Assembly (NCBI GenBank): GCA_045805065.1
Contig: JBJMMA010000001.1
Coordinates: 1 to 22,506 of the forward strand
Direction of reading: 5' to 3'
DNA length: 22,506 nt
DNA from: Bdellovibrionia bacterium
GTDB lineage: Bacteria > Bdellovibrionota > UBA1018
Part shown: piece by piece, positions 7,157 to 15,490 of the stretch
Position numbering within the stretch: the first letter of the stretch is position 1
Layout: each line of letters opens with the position of its first letter
Program-made: the position numbers and the translations under genes
Notes under the pieces: model-generated
What the model saw: the letters and a program-made list of their open reading frames with translations, nothing else
What the model was told of the DNA's origin: nothing
The model's database searches: none

Positions 7157-8247
7157 TAGGGCGCTCCTGCTTTTGAGTTTCCAATTCTGAAATCAAAACT
7201 GCAATAGGTCATTGTGTTGGGTTCACAACCCAGGACCTCACGGATCTGAGGGTTGCGGCCAAAAATCTTGTCGATACGAACTGCGGCGGGCGGATGATAG
7301 CCGTCTGGCTCCTGCGCTGCCTCGGGGGGCTCGCAAAGATCGCGCACTGAATTCACCATGGAATTGATGAGAGCTGGTGCCTGGAACTCAGTTGAGTAAG
7401 TGCGAAGCGTTTGCGCCGTCACGTGAACGGCCACCCAATCCGCAAAGGTCTCGGAGAGCTCATCGTTGGCTCCGCACTCAAAGCGATTTTTTCTCAGTGA
7501 GACTAGCTTTTGCTGCATGAAGCAGGCGCTCAAACGGTCATAAGCAGGGAAGGCCAGGCGCGCGCTTCGGACTTCGCAAGGATCAATGCCGTGAGCAAGC
7601 TCATGGGCCATCGTGAAAACGGTGTTGAACCACGACTTGGCGGTAAAGAAATACGCTCCGCCGACCCGGAGGCGCATTTTTCCATCCGGGAGTCGCTCAT
7701 AATAGACATCGTTTTTTGTGATGAGGTCCGGCTCATCCGCATAGGCGGAGATAGGAGGAGGAAGCTGAAGCTCAATCTGCTTGAGCCGGTGCTTGAGCTG
7801 ACGCTTTTCCCAATGAGTAAAGGTTGAGTCGGGTTGGGAATCGATGAACTTTTCAATGGAGTGCCTGACCCAGCGAAACGCGCTTTCGATCCGGTTTCGG
7901 TTTCTGGGCGTGTAGATCTCTTCGGCGAGTTTTTCGTTCACCTGGTCGGGTGTGAAATCAGGATTCTCCTGAGCAATCTTTGAAAAAAGATCGATCGCCA
8001 TCTGCTCGCCGTCAATGTCTGAACGAACGCTTCCGGTTGGGTCGCGCGTGACGCCGGTCTGGGCGCAGATCAGTTTGTGCAGCTCATGACAAGGATCCTG
8101 AAGAGGGGGAGCGCTGCTCGGAGCGCGCGAGGATGCATTCATCTCCTGCGCGGGTGTTCGCGGAGACTGCGGTTGAATCATCATGAAGAGCCCTGCTGCG
8201 ATCGCCAGGGAGGCACCGCACGCAAAGGCGATTGGGCGAAGTTTCAC
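7156..8247 (-). CDS. Exported zinc metallopeptidase, M13 (neprilysin)-like, short form
   Basis: N-terminal signal/anchor, DPCHELHKLIC, HELAH (HExxH), ETFAD (cf. ENxAD), HPPAAVRI (cf. HSPxxxR), several Cys. GAGGGG RBS before the GTG. Confidence 0.75.
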   Translation of the reverse strand: MKLRPIAFACGASLAIAAGLFMMIQPQSPRTPAQEMNASSRAPSSAPPLQDPCHELHKLICAQTGVTRDPTGSVRSDIDGEQMAIDLFSKIAQENPDFTPDQVNEKLAEEIYTPRNRNRIESAFRWVRHSIEKFIDSQPDSTFTHWEKRQLKHRLKQIELQLPPPISAYADEPDLITKNDVYYERLPDGKMRLRVGGAYFFTAKSWFNTVFTMAHELAHGIDPCEVRSARLAFPAYDRLSACFMQQKLVSLRKNRFECGANDELSETFADWVAVHVTAQTLRTYSTEFQAPALINSMVNSVRDLCEPPEAAQEPDGYHPPAAVRIDKIFGRNPQIREVLGCEPNTMTYCSFDFRIGNSKAGAP

Positions 8248-8276
8248 TGAAAACGACCCCTCGTCCCTTTATTGTC

Positions 8277-9659
8277 TCACGAGTACAATTCTTCGATCTT
8301 CTTTTTTCGATACTGGAAGATCTTTCCGACGTCGTTTTTTACGTAGCTTCCGGCCGCAAGGGCGCCAATTTTACCTAAGGGTAGTTTATAAAGCACCCGG
8401 TCCGTCAAAAGAGTGCCGCCCTTTACCGGAGTGAAAAGGTGCGTATGGTGCCATTGGGAATAGGGACCCCGAAGCTGGGTATCGACGAACTTCTGGTTCG
8501 GAACCCATTCCTCGATGCGGGTCTTCCAGCGCAGCGGGATCCCGCGCAGACTCAGCCGGTAATCGATCAAGGTGCCTTCCTGGATTTCAGGAGTGGATGT
8601 CTTGAGCACATGGAAGCCGAGCCATGGAGGAGTGATGGCCTCCAAGTTGGCCGCATCAGCAAAGAACGGAAAAATTTTATCCACCGGATGCGGAACCCAT
8701 TGATGGGCCACGAATTCCCGGACGCCCCGGCTATACCAATCCGGGTAAAGATCAGAGAGCGCGTCCTCAAGCGTCGCAAAGCGGAACTTGAATCCGGCAT
8801 CGAGTGCTTTTGCCGGCATCACGCGCTGACTGGAGAGAACCGCTTCAGACATTTCCCCGAGCGCCATTTTAACGGCAAATCCCGGAGCTGGCAGCAGCTT
8901 TGGACGGTGAAGCGTTTTTGCAAGCGTTGTTGAAAAATCACGATTGGTCACTGGCTGAGGCGCAACGGCATTGATCGGGCCTTGAATTTTCTCATTCTTA
9001 AGCGCTTCGACAATCAAGGACACAAGATCCTCAATATGGATCCAGCTCATCCATTGTTTTCCAGAACCGATCGCCCCACCCAGTCCAGCATCAAAGACTG
9101 GCGTGAGCTTGGCTAATGCTCCGCCCTCACGAGCCAGCACGACCCCGATTCTCAACTCAACGCATCGGTTCTTGGGCGCGATCTCGCAGGCTCTTTTCGC
9201 CTCTTGTTCCCAGGCCTGGCAGACTTCGGCTAAAAACCCTTTTCCCTGGGAAGAGGATTCGTCCAGAAGCTGGTCCCCGCGATCACCGTAAAATCCGATT
9301 GCCGAGGCGCAGATAAACACGGAGGGATTGGCGCTTCCGTTTTGAATCAGTGCATCGACAAGCGCTCTTGTGCCATGAACGCGGGAGTTCCGGATGCGGC
9401 GCTTGATCTCTTGAGTCCATCGGCCCTGAGCGATCGGTTCTCCTGCCAGATGAATCACCGCTTCAATTTGATCAAGTGCTTCAGAAGGGATGGAGCCTTT
9501 GTCCGGATCCCAAGCAAAGGTCTGGCAAGGGATAGCAAACTCCTGCTTGAGCCGATCTGGATTGCGTCCCAGCAGTACCAAGTCATGGCCTTCATGAAAA
9601 AGCCGGTAGACTAGACGACTTCCGATTAAACCTGATGCACCTGTGACAAGGACTTTCAT
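8277..9659 (-). CDS. TIGR01777 (YfcH-like) NAD-dependent epimerase/oxidoreductase fused to a C-terminal SRPBCC domain
   Basis: TGASGLIG, HLAGEPI..RWT, SAIGFYG, FLAEVCQAWE, GSGKQWMSWIH, SQRVMP. C-terminal FFADAANLEAITPPW...FVDTQLRGPYSQWHHTHLF is SRPBCC-like. Confidence 0.9.
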   Translation of the reverse strand: MKVLVTGASGLIGSRLVYRLFHEGHDLVLLGRNPDRLKQEFAIPCQTFAWDPDKGSIPSEALDQIEAVIHLAGEPIAQGRWTQEIKRRIRNSRVHGTRALVDALIQNGSANPSVFICASAIGFYGDRGDQLLDESSSQGKGFLAEVCQAWEQEAKRACEIAPKNRCVELRIGVVLAREGGALAKLTPVFDAGLGGAIGSGKQWMSWIHIEDLVSLIVEALKNEKIQGPINAVAPQPVTNRDFSTTLAKTLHRPKLLPAPGFAVKMALGEMSEAVLSSQRVMPAKALDAGFKFRFATLEDALSDLYPDWYSRGVREFVAHQWVPHPVDKIFPFFADAANLEAITPPWLGFHVLKTSTPEIQEGTLIDYRLSLRGIPLRWKTRIEEWVPNQKFVDTQLRGPYSQWHHTHLFTPVKGGTLLTDRVLYKLPLGKIGALAAGSYVKNDVGKIFQYRKKKIEELYS

Positions 9660-9699
9660 CGCAATTTAGGATCTGCAAACGAACGACCAGCTTGTCGGA

Positions 9700-10527
9700 T
9701 CACGTTCCTCCGGAGAGTAGACCCCAGAACAAGCTTATCCCTACTAAAAACAAGATCGCCAGGATCGGCAAGAGGATCGCAAAGATCAATACTTGTGGAA
9801 AAAGCACGACAGTCAGTGCTCGCCCTGTCCGGATTCGGTAGATTTCCTTTGCTCCGACGACGGAGATGTAAAGCGAGTAGAAATACGCAATGAATTTCCC
9901 TGCAAACGGAATCACCTGAAAGATCGACGCAACCGCACCGTAGGCCATGATCCGCACTGCCGACTCATAGGTCACTTCATGACGGTGTTGCTCACCCGGA
10001 GCAGCAGAAGGCGCATCTGACATGACGCCAACAAGTAGGCGTGCGCCGACAAAGACAAAGAACGAGGAGATCAGAAGCGACGCCAATGTCCAGAATGGGT
10101 CGCCAATGACAGAACCAATTCCCCAAAACCAGTTCGTAAACGCATGACGAGCCTGCTCCCAGGAGGAGCTTCGGCGAATGACGTCGATCTGGTCATTGTT
10201 CCCGAAAATGGCAGCCCATTTCTCGAAGGCTTCTTCGCTCGATCGGATAAATGCAGAGTTCCAAAGAAACGCGATCGCCGAACCAATCCAATGAGCAATC
10301 AGCGCAAACGCCAAAGGCTGAGCAAAGCCCGCATTGCGCGGCATACGACGAAAGAACTGATGCGGCTTAAGAAGAACTGTCTTCAAATCGTCCCAATACT
10401 GCGCAACAGGGCGATCCATATGAGGAGTCCCGCTCCCTTGGAAGACATACCCACAGTTCGGGCAGGTGCCCCCGGAGCTCGAAAAAAACGGATCAGATTG
10501 CTTTAGGCCACAGTTTGGACAGTTCAT
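9700..10527 (-). CDS. Zinc-ribbon + YIP1-family membrane protein
   Basis: N-terminal CPNC-x16-CPNC, VLLKPHQFFRRM, YESAVRIMAY, about five hydrophobic helices. Confidence 0.75.
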   Translation of the reverse strand: MNCPNCGLKQSDPFFSSSGGTCPNCGYVFQGSGTPHMDRPVAQYWDDLKTVLLKPHQFFRRMPRNAGFAQPLAFALIAHWIGSAIAFLWNSAFIRSSEEAFEKWAAIFGNNDQIDVIRRSSSWEQARHAFTNWFWGIGSVIGDPFWTLASLLISSFFVFVGARLLVGVMSDAPSAAPGEQHRHEVTYESAVRIMAYGAVASIFQVIPFAGKFIAYFYSLYISVVGAKEIYRIRTGRALTVVLFPQVLIFAILLPILAILFLVGISLFWGLLSGGT

Positions 10528-10536
10528 TTTGAGTCG

Positions 10537-12102
10537 TTACTTCTTAAAGAAGTCACGACTCCAAGGTAAACCGTCGATCAGTGTGCTGTCCACCAGGAAA
10601 GCTTCCTTGCGCGCCGAGCTGAGATTGCGGGCGTAAAGTTTTCCATCAGCCTTCCAGAAAACAAACACGTGCTTTGCTGGGTTTTGATCATCGCCGAGCG
10701 TGATCTTGAGGCCATCTTTCTCTCCAGCAGGAACTTTGGAATCCGGCAAGAAATCCTGGATGTGACGTCCTGAAAACTGATCCAGGAAAGATTGAACCTT
10801 TTCGCTGTTCACTTCAGTCTGGCTTGCTGCGTCGATCCACTTTGTATCTTTTGCATCCAGCGCGAGAGGTTTATCTCCGATCGCTTTACCCGAGAGCTCG
10901 ATCTTCTTGATGCTGAAGCGATCCAAGGAGGTGAGGAGCTTTGCCATACGGAAGTCCTTCAACTCTTTGTCAAACTGTCTGGGAGCATTGCTTTGAAGCT
11001 CATAAAGCGGATCAGTATTGGAGAGGGTCGCATAGACCGGAGTCGAATCCGGGCTGGCGCCTTGATTGAGCTCATGCTCGTGATCGTGGACGTGCATCTC
11101 TGGCTTAGGTGCGCCCTTCGTGTTTTTGCGATTGCTGTAAAGGGTCAGTGTGACAGATGAAGGAGCGTTTTTTGATCCGGCTTGCGGCGCTTGGGTGAAA
11201 GTCACGCTGACAATCTCAGGTTGTCCTTTCAGAGTGCTTTTGGCTTTTGCGTCGGTCTTGGAGTCAGAGACATAATTCTTGGCTGCCAGATAAGCTGCGC
11301 CATTCAAAAGCGCATCGACCATTTCCGGATCGCCTTCAAAACTTGTATCGCCAGAGGTGATGACCCAGCCGCCATCCTTCTTTTCGCCGTGGATCTTGCC
11401 GTTTTTCTTGCTGAGAATTTCAAAGGACTGAACTTCGCTTGCCGCAAGCGACATGATCTTCTTGTCACGCCAGTAAGTCAGGTCATGCTCAAAGTTGGAT
11501 TTGAAGTAGCTTGGGATTTGAATGACCTTGGAGTCATCCGGCTTTCCGGCTGGCTTTTGTCCTGCTGGGACGCGCTCCAGAACGGCAAAGAAATTGTCAT
11601 TAATCGGATTGACTGCGCCGATATAGGCAACCGTCTCGCCGTTGGAGGCTTTCACATCCACGCGTTTTACGTTTGGACCCTGGATGGCTTCAGGAGAAAG
11701 TCCATACTCCTTCAAAAGAGCACTGCGCTTTTCAGGGGTTTCATCTTTCAGATCAATCGTCTCTGAAGGCGCAAGATTGCTCAGGGCAGAAACAAGTGAG
11801 TTGACGTTCGAATCATCCGCACGAACCTGAAGCGGTTCAGCGAGTTTCCATTTGGAGTTATCCCCAGGCTTGCAGGTCTTGGCCTGAAGATCCTGGCACT
11901 CCCATTTGAACGTTTTGGATCCGTCCGAGAGTTGAATGGATTCAATCTGTTCGCCTTTGAGTGCAAACACTTTTTTCAAGGTGTCTTGAGCCGCCTCTTG
12001 TGCCGGCTTGTGCTTGTACTCCAGCCAGAAGGCAAAGCCTCCGAGCACGCATAGAGCGATGGCAAGATATAGATTACGATTCCAACTCACTTGTTGAGCC
12101 AT
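10537..12102 (-). CDS. DUF4340-domain periplasmic protein associated with the GldG-type ABC system
   Basis: N-terminal TM anchor, repeated modules (W.L..P....AD...V..L; L.EYGL; WRDK.I; FR..KL), adjacent to a gldG-like gene. Start reassigned to ATG 12102, preceded by CAGGAG. Confidence 0.8.
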   Translation of the reverse strand: MAQQVSWNRNLYLAIALCVLGGFAFWLEYKHKPAQEAAQDTLKKVFALKGEQIESIQLSDGSKTFKWECQDLQAKTCKPGDNSKWKLAEPLQVRADDSNVNSLVSALSNLAPSETIDLKDETPEKRSALLKEYGLSPEAIQGPNVKRVDVKASNGETVAYIGAVNPINDNFFAVLERVPAGQKPAGKPDDSKVIQIPSYFKSNFEHDLTYWRDKKIMSLAASEVQSFEILSKKNGKIHGEKKDGGWVITSGDTSFEGDPEMVDALLNGAAYLAAKNYVSDSKTDAKAKSTLKGQPEIVSVTFTQAPQAGSKNAPSSVTLTLYSNRKNTKGAPKPEMHVHDHEHELNQGASPDSTPVYATLSNTDPLYELQSNAPRQFDKELKDFRMAKLLTSLDRFSIKKIELSGKAIGDKPLALDAKDTKWIDAASQTEVNSEKVQSFLDQFSGRHIQDFLPDSKVPAGEKDGLKITLGDDQNPAKHVFVFWKADGKLYARNLSSARKEAFLVDSTLIDGLPWSRDFFKK

Positions 12103-12116
12103 TGCGATCTCCTGTA

Positions 12117-13697
12117 TTACCAACGACGGCGGATAGCCCAGATCACCACGCCACTGACCGCAATTGCGGCAGGGATGAGGATCACGGCAAACCAGAAAAT
12201 GATCGAGCCGGTACGCGCGGTCATTTCGATCTTGCCTGGGCCTTCTTCCTTGGCGCGGATTGAAATCATGCTCTCGTCTTCAAGTACCCAGGAGACTGAG
12301 TTGACGAAGAAGTCGAGGTTCACGCCAAAGCGGGAAAACTGGTTTGCGGCAAAAAGCGAGCTTCCAAAGACCACAAGGCGCGTATTGCGAGTCGCCTTGG
12401 AATCCTTTTGCTTTCCATCAATCGCAAGCGCGACGTTGAACGGACCCTTTGGAGCCGATGTTGGATTGACCTTGAGCTCACCACCGGTGATCCCTTTGAA
12501 ATCCGTTACAGCAAAGCTCTGAGCGGTGGTCTTTCCGATCGCATCAGGCGTGATGCCCTGAGCAGTCGTTGCGACTTCGAGAGGGCGAGCCATAGGAAAT
12601 GCGCTTGGGGTGTTGGCTCCAAAGTCACGAGTGATCGGATTGTTGCGAGAGAAGTTGGCAACAATTGGCATCGATGCGTCCACGTTGAACATGCGGGAGA
12701 CCGGATCAACAATCAGTGCATTCGTTGCCTTGACGTTCCAGTCCGCAAGAACAGCCATCAACTCAGGAGCATAGGGTGCACCCTTGAGAGCGACGTCAAC
12801 AGCAATGACAGCGCGTCCGCCGTTGTTCAGGTATTCACGGATCGCTTTGATCTCAGGATCAAAGAACGCCTTGGTTGGGCCTACGATCGCGATCGCATCA
12901 CAGACCGCAGGGATCTTTCCCTGCTCCTGAACGATGTTGATCTCTTTCACTTCATAGGATTGATCCACCAATGCCTTGCGGACGGCGTCGTAACCTTCCG
13001 CATCCGTTGCCGTGAAGACTTTTTCTCCATGTCCTGCAACTGCGCAAAGGGTAGGAGTCTTGTCCTTGGTCAGCTTGATCAAAGCATTGGTGAGCTTCTC
13101 CTCGTTCACGTCTTCAACTTTGCTGTCGCGTCCGTTGAAGGAAAGAAGAGCCGTTCCATACTTCTTGATGCCAGCTGTCTTGGTGCGGGTTGGCTCGCGA
13201 TCCGGATCAACGTACTCGACCTCAAACTTCGTAGCGTTGAGGTTTTTGTAGTTATCCAGGATCGGGCGGAAGCGCTCTTTTTCAGCAGCCTTCGCAAACA
13301 TCGTGACCTTCACAGGACTCTTGAGGCCTTTCACCAGCTTGACCGTCTGATCTGAGAGGGAATTGACCTTGTTGCGAGTCAGGTCAAAATTATGCGGATA
13401 GCGCGAGGCCATGAAGTTGACCACGCAGAGAAGCCCCAGGACTAAAAGCGCAGAGACTGCCGAGTTGATTCCATAAGCGGTCGTTCGGCTGCGCAAGGCC
13501 TGTTGATTCTGACGAATCCACAAGGCCAGGTCCGCGGCCAAAAGGACAACCAGAACCGCCGTCAGCCAGATCATTTCTGAGAAGGCAAGACGAGCGAGAA
13601 TCAGAGCGATGACAAGGACGGCAGCGCCGAGTCCCAGGACCAGGCTTGCGTTCTTTTCCCAAAAAGATGCGTTCTTATTGTTCAGGTTCGTATTCAT
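12117..13697 (-). CDS. GldG-family (GIFT domain) ABC-associated membrane protein
   Basis: N-terminal TM helices, FDLTRNKVNSLSDQT, YVDPD, GHGE, GP..AF..EI.AI..YL..GG, N.DFFVNSVSW, C-terminal TM ending WAIRRRW. Confidence 0.88.
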   Translation of the reverse strand: MNTNLNNKNASFWEKNASLVLGLGAAVLVIALILARLAFSEMIWLTAVLVVLLAADLALWIRQNQQALRSRTTAYGINSAVSALLVLGLLCVVNFMASRYPHNFDLTRNKVNSLSDQTVKLVKGLKSPVKVTMFAKAAEKERFRPILDNYKNLNATKFEVEYVDPDREPTRTKTAGIKKYGTALLSFNGRDSKVEDVNEEKLTNALIKLTKDKTPTLCAVAGHGEKVFTATDAEGYDAVRKALVDQSYEVKEINIVQEQGKIPAVCDAIAIVGPTKAFFDPEIKAIREYLNNGGRAVIAVDVALKGAPYAPELMAVLADWNVKATNALIVDPVSRMFNVDASMPIVANFSRNNPITRDFGANTPSAFPMARPLEVATTAQGITPDAIGKTTAQSFAVTDFKGITGGELKVNPTSAPKGPFNVALAIDGKQKDSKATRNTRLVVFGSSLFAANQFSRFGVNLDFFVNSVSWVLEDESMISIRAKEEGPGKIEMTARTGSIIFWFAVILIPAAIAVSGVVIWAIRRRW

Positions 13698-13703
13698 GAT
13701 CGG

Positions 13704-14471
13704 TTATCTCCAGCGGAAGGAATCGAGGACGCGATGCGTGAGGAAGAGCATGAATCCAATGAAGGATGCGTAGAAAACGACATCCGTCGTGTTGATCGTT
13801 CCCTGACCGAAACTCTGCATATAGTGATTAATCAGCGAAAGATAGTTGAGCACATCACCCCAGACCGGGCCTGCCGATTGGCTTGCCCAGGCGATGAGCC
13901 AGAAAAAGAGCGTGCCTGCAAAGGTGAGGGCGCCTGCCACGATCTGATTTTCAGTCATGGCCGAGAAAAGGATACCCATCGCCAGATAGCAGCTTGAAAG
14001 AAGAAGCGTTCCCAGAGCCGAGGTCAGGATCGGACCCCAGTCAGGATTTCCGGTGATCGCAAGAATCACGGGGTAGAACATGGTGAGCGCGATCATGACA
14101 AAGACAAGCAGGAAGGCCGCCAGGAACTTGCCCAGGATGATCTGGGTCAGGCTCACGGGAGCCGTCATGAGGAGCTCGATCGTGTGCTGCTTTCTTTCCT
14201 CAGCAATGAGGCGCATCGTGATGAAAGGAAGCAGGAACAAAAGAACCACGTTCATGTTGCCATAAAGCGGGCGGACAATGCCGTCCGTGATGCTGGCGCC
14301 TTTTCCCATGTTGAACTGCTGGTATTGCATGTTCTGAAGGAAATAGTGGTTCAGGCTGTTGAAGAACATCCAGCCCATGATGAAAAGGAAAAGCGCGATC
14401 ACGATATACGCGATCGGGGACGCGAAATAGATTCTGAAATCGCGGCGAGCGATGGTCCAAACGTTTTTCAT
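13704..14471 (-). CDS. GldF-like ABC-2 permease
   Basis: IARRDFRIYFASPIAY, PFITMRLIAEERKQHTIELLMTAPV..IILGKF, TENQIVA. ATG 14471 follows GGGAG; alternative start at TTG 14477. Confidence 0.9.
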   Translation of the reverse strand: MKNVWTIARRDFRIYFASPIAYIVIALFLFIMGWMFFNSLNHYFLQNMQYQQFNMGKGASITDGIVRPLYGNMNVVLLFLLPFITMRLIAEERKQHTIELLMTAPVSLTQIILGKFLAAFLLVFVMIALTMFYPVILAITGNPDWGPILTSALGTLLLSSCYLAMGILFSAMTENQIVAGALTFAGTLFFWLIAWASQSAGPVWGDVLNYLSLINHYMQSFGQGTINTTDVVFYASFIGFMLFLTHRVLDSFRWR

Positions 14472-14473
14472 GA

Positions 14474-15406
14474 TCAAGCTCCCGTGTTTTCGACAGTGGT
14501 GAGTTGGAGGAAGACCTCTTCAAGGCTCACGCGCTCAGCGCTGAATTCGAGCACGCCCATGCCTTGTTTGACGGCCGTTTCAACAATGCGGTCGCGGATC
14601 TCGTCCGTGCCCGATGCGATCTCAACGGTGATCTTTCCGCCGGAAGTGGTGACAGCTTTCACGCCCTGGATCTGGCGAATAGCATCCAGTCCGCTGGACT
14701 GAGCGTTCTTCACGGCCAGGTTGTAAACGAGACCCTTGCTCATTCGGGTCGTCAGGCGATCGATCGTGTCTTCGGCAACGATCTGACCTTTGGCGATCAC
14801 GATGATTCGCTGACAGGTTGCCGTGACTTCAGGCAGGATGTGCGAGCTCAGAATCACCGTGTGCTCGCCTGCGAGACCTTTGATGAGCTCGCGAATGTCA
14901 ATGATCTGCTTTGGGTCAAGACCAACCGTTGGCTCATCAAGAATCAGGACTTGAGGATTGTGAGCCAAGGCTTGAGCCAGGCCCACGCGTTGACGATAAC
15001 CTTTTGAGAGATTACCGATCAGGCGCTTGCGGACATCGCCGAGTCCTGTCTTTTCGATCGCCATGTTCACGGCTTTTGCGGCATCAGAGCCTGCAACGCC
15101 ATGAAGACGCGCTGTGAAGTCGAGATAATCATCCACCTGCATCTCAGGATAGACAGGAGGGTTCTCGGGAAGGAAGCCGACGTTGCGTTTCACTTCGATC
15201 GGATTCTCAAACACGTCATGTCCTGCAATCATGGCTGTGCCGCTTGTGGCAGGCATGAAGCCCGTGAGGATTTTCATCGTGGTTGATTTGCCCGCGCCGT
15301 TTGGGCCCAGAAAGCCGATAATTTCGCCCTTCTGAACTTCAAAGCTGAGATCGTTTACGGCCGTGCGCGGACCGTACATTTTGGTCAGATGGGAAACTTG
15401 GATCAT
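14474..15406 (-). CDS. GldA-like ABC transporter ATP-binding protein
   Basis: Walker A GPNGAGKST, signature LSKGYRQRVGLAQAL, Walker B ILDEPTVGLDP, SSHIL. Strong GAGGAG RBS. Confidence 0.95.
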   Translation of the reverse strand: MIQVSHLTKMYGPRTAVNDLSFEVQKGEIIGFLGPNGAGKSTTMKILTGFMPATSGTAMIAGHDVFENPIEVKRNVGFLPENPPVYPEMQVDDYLDFTARLHGVAGSDAAKAVNMAIEKTGLGDVRKRLIGNLSKGYRQRVGLAQALAHNPQVLILDEPTVGLDPKQIIDIRELIKGLAGEHTVILSSHILPEVTATCQRIIVIAKGQIVAEDTIDRLTTRMSKGLVYNLAVKNAQSSGLDAIRQIQGVKAVTTSGGKITVEIASGTDEIRDRIVETAVKQGMGVLEFSAERVSLEEVFLQLTTVENTGA

Positions 15407-15480
15407 TCAGATTCTCCTCATTTAATCCTATGAGTGGCAATTCTATGAATGTGGCTTGGGAAACATGTTGTCAAGGTGAT
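15407..15480 (-). promoter_or_regulatory. Probable promoter/RBS region of the gldA-like operon
   Basis: AT-rich gap. Minus-strand TTGACA at 15469-15474 and TAGAAT at 15440-15445 are 23 bp apart (non-canonical spacing). GAGGAG lies before the ATG. Confidence 0.4.
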
Positions 15481-15490
15481 GAAAAAGAAT

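Noticed and set aside
12408..13355. 315-aa plus-strand ORF
   Set aside because: Antisense shadow of the gldG-like gene, explained by codon bias; the composition is not protein-like.
12117..15406. Proof of Bacteroidota-type gliding or type IX secretion
   Set aside because: GldAFG-like ABC systems are widespread, and no gldK/L/M/N or spr genes are in the window, so gld symbols were not assigned.
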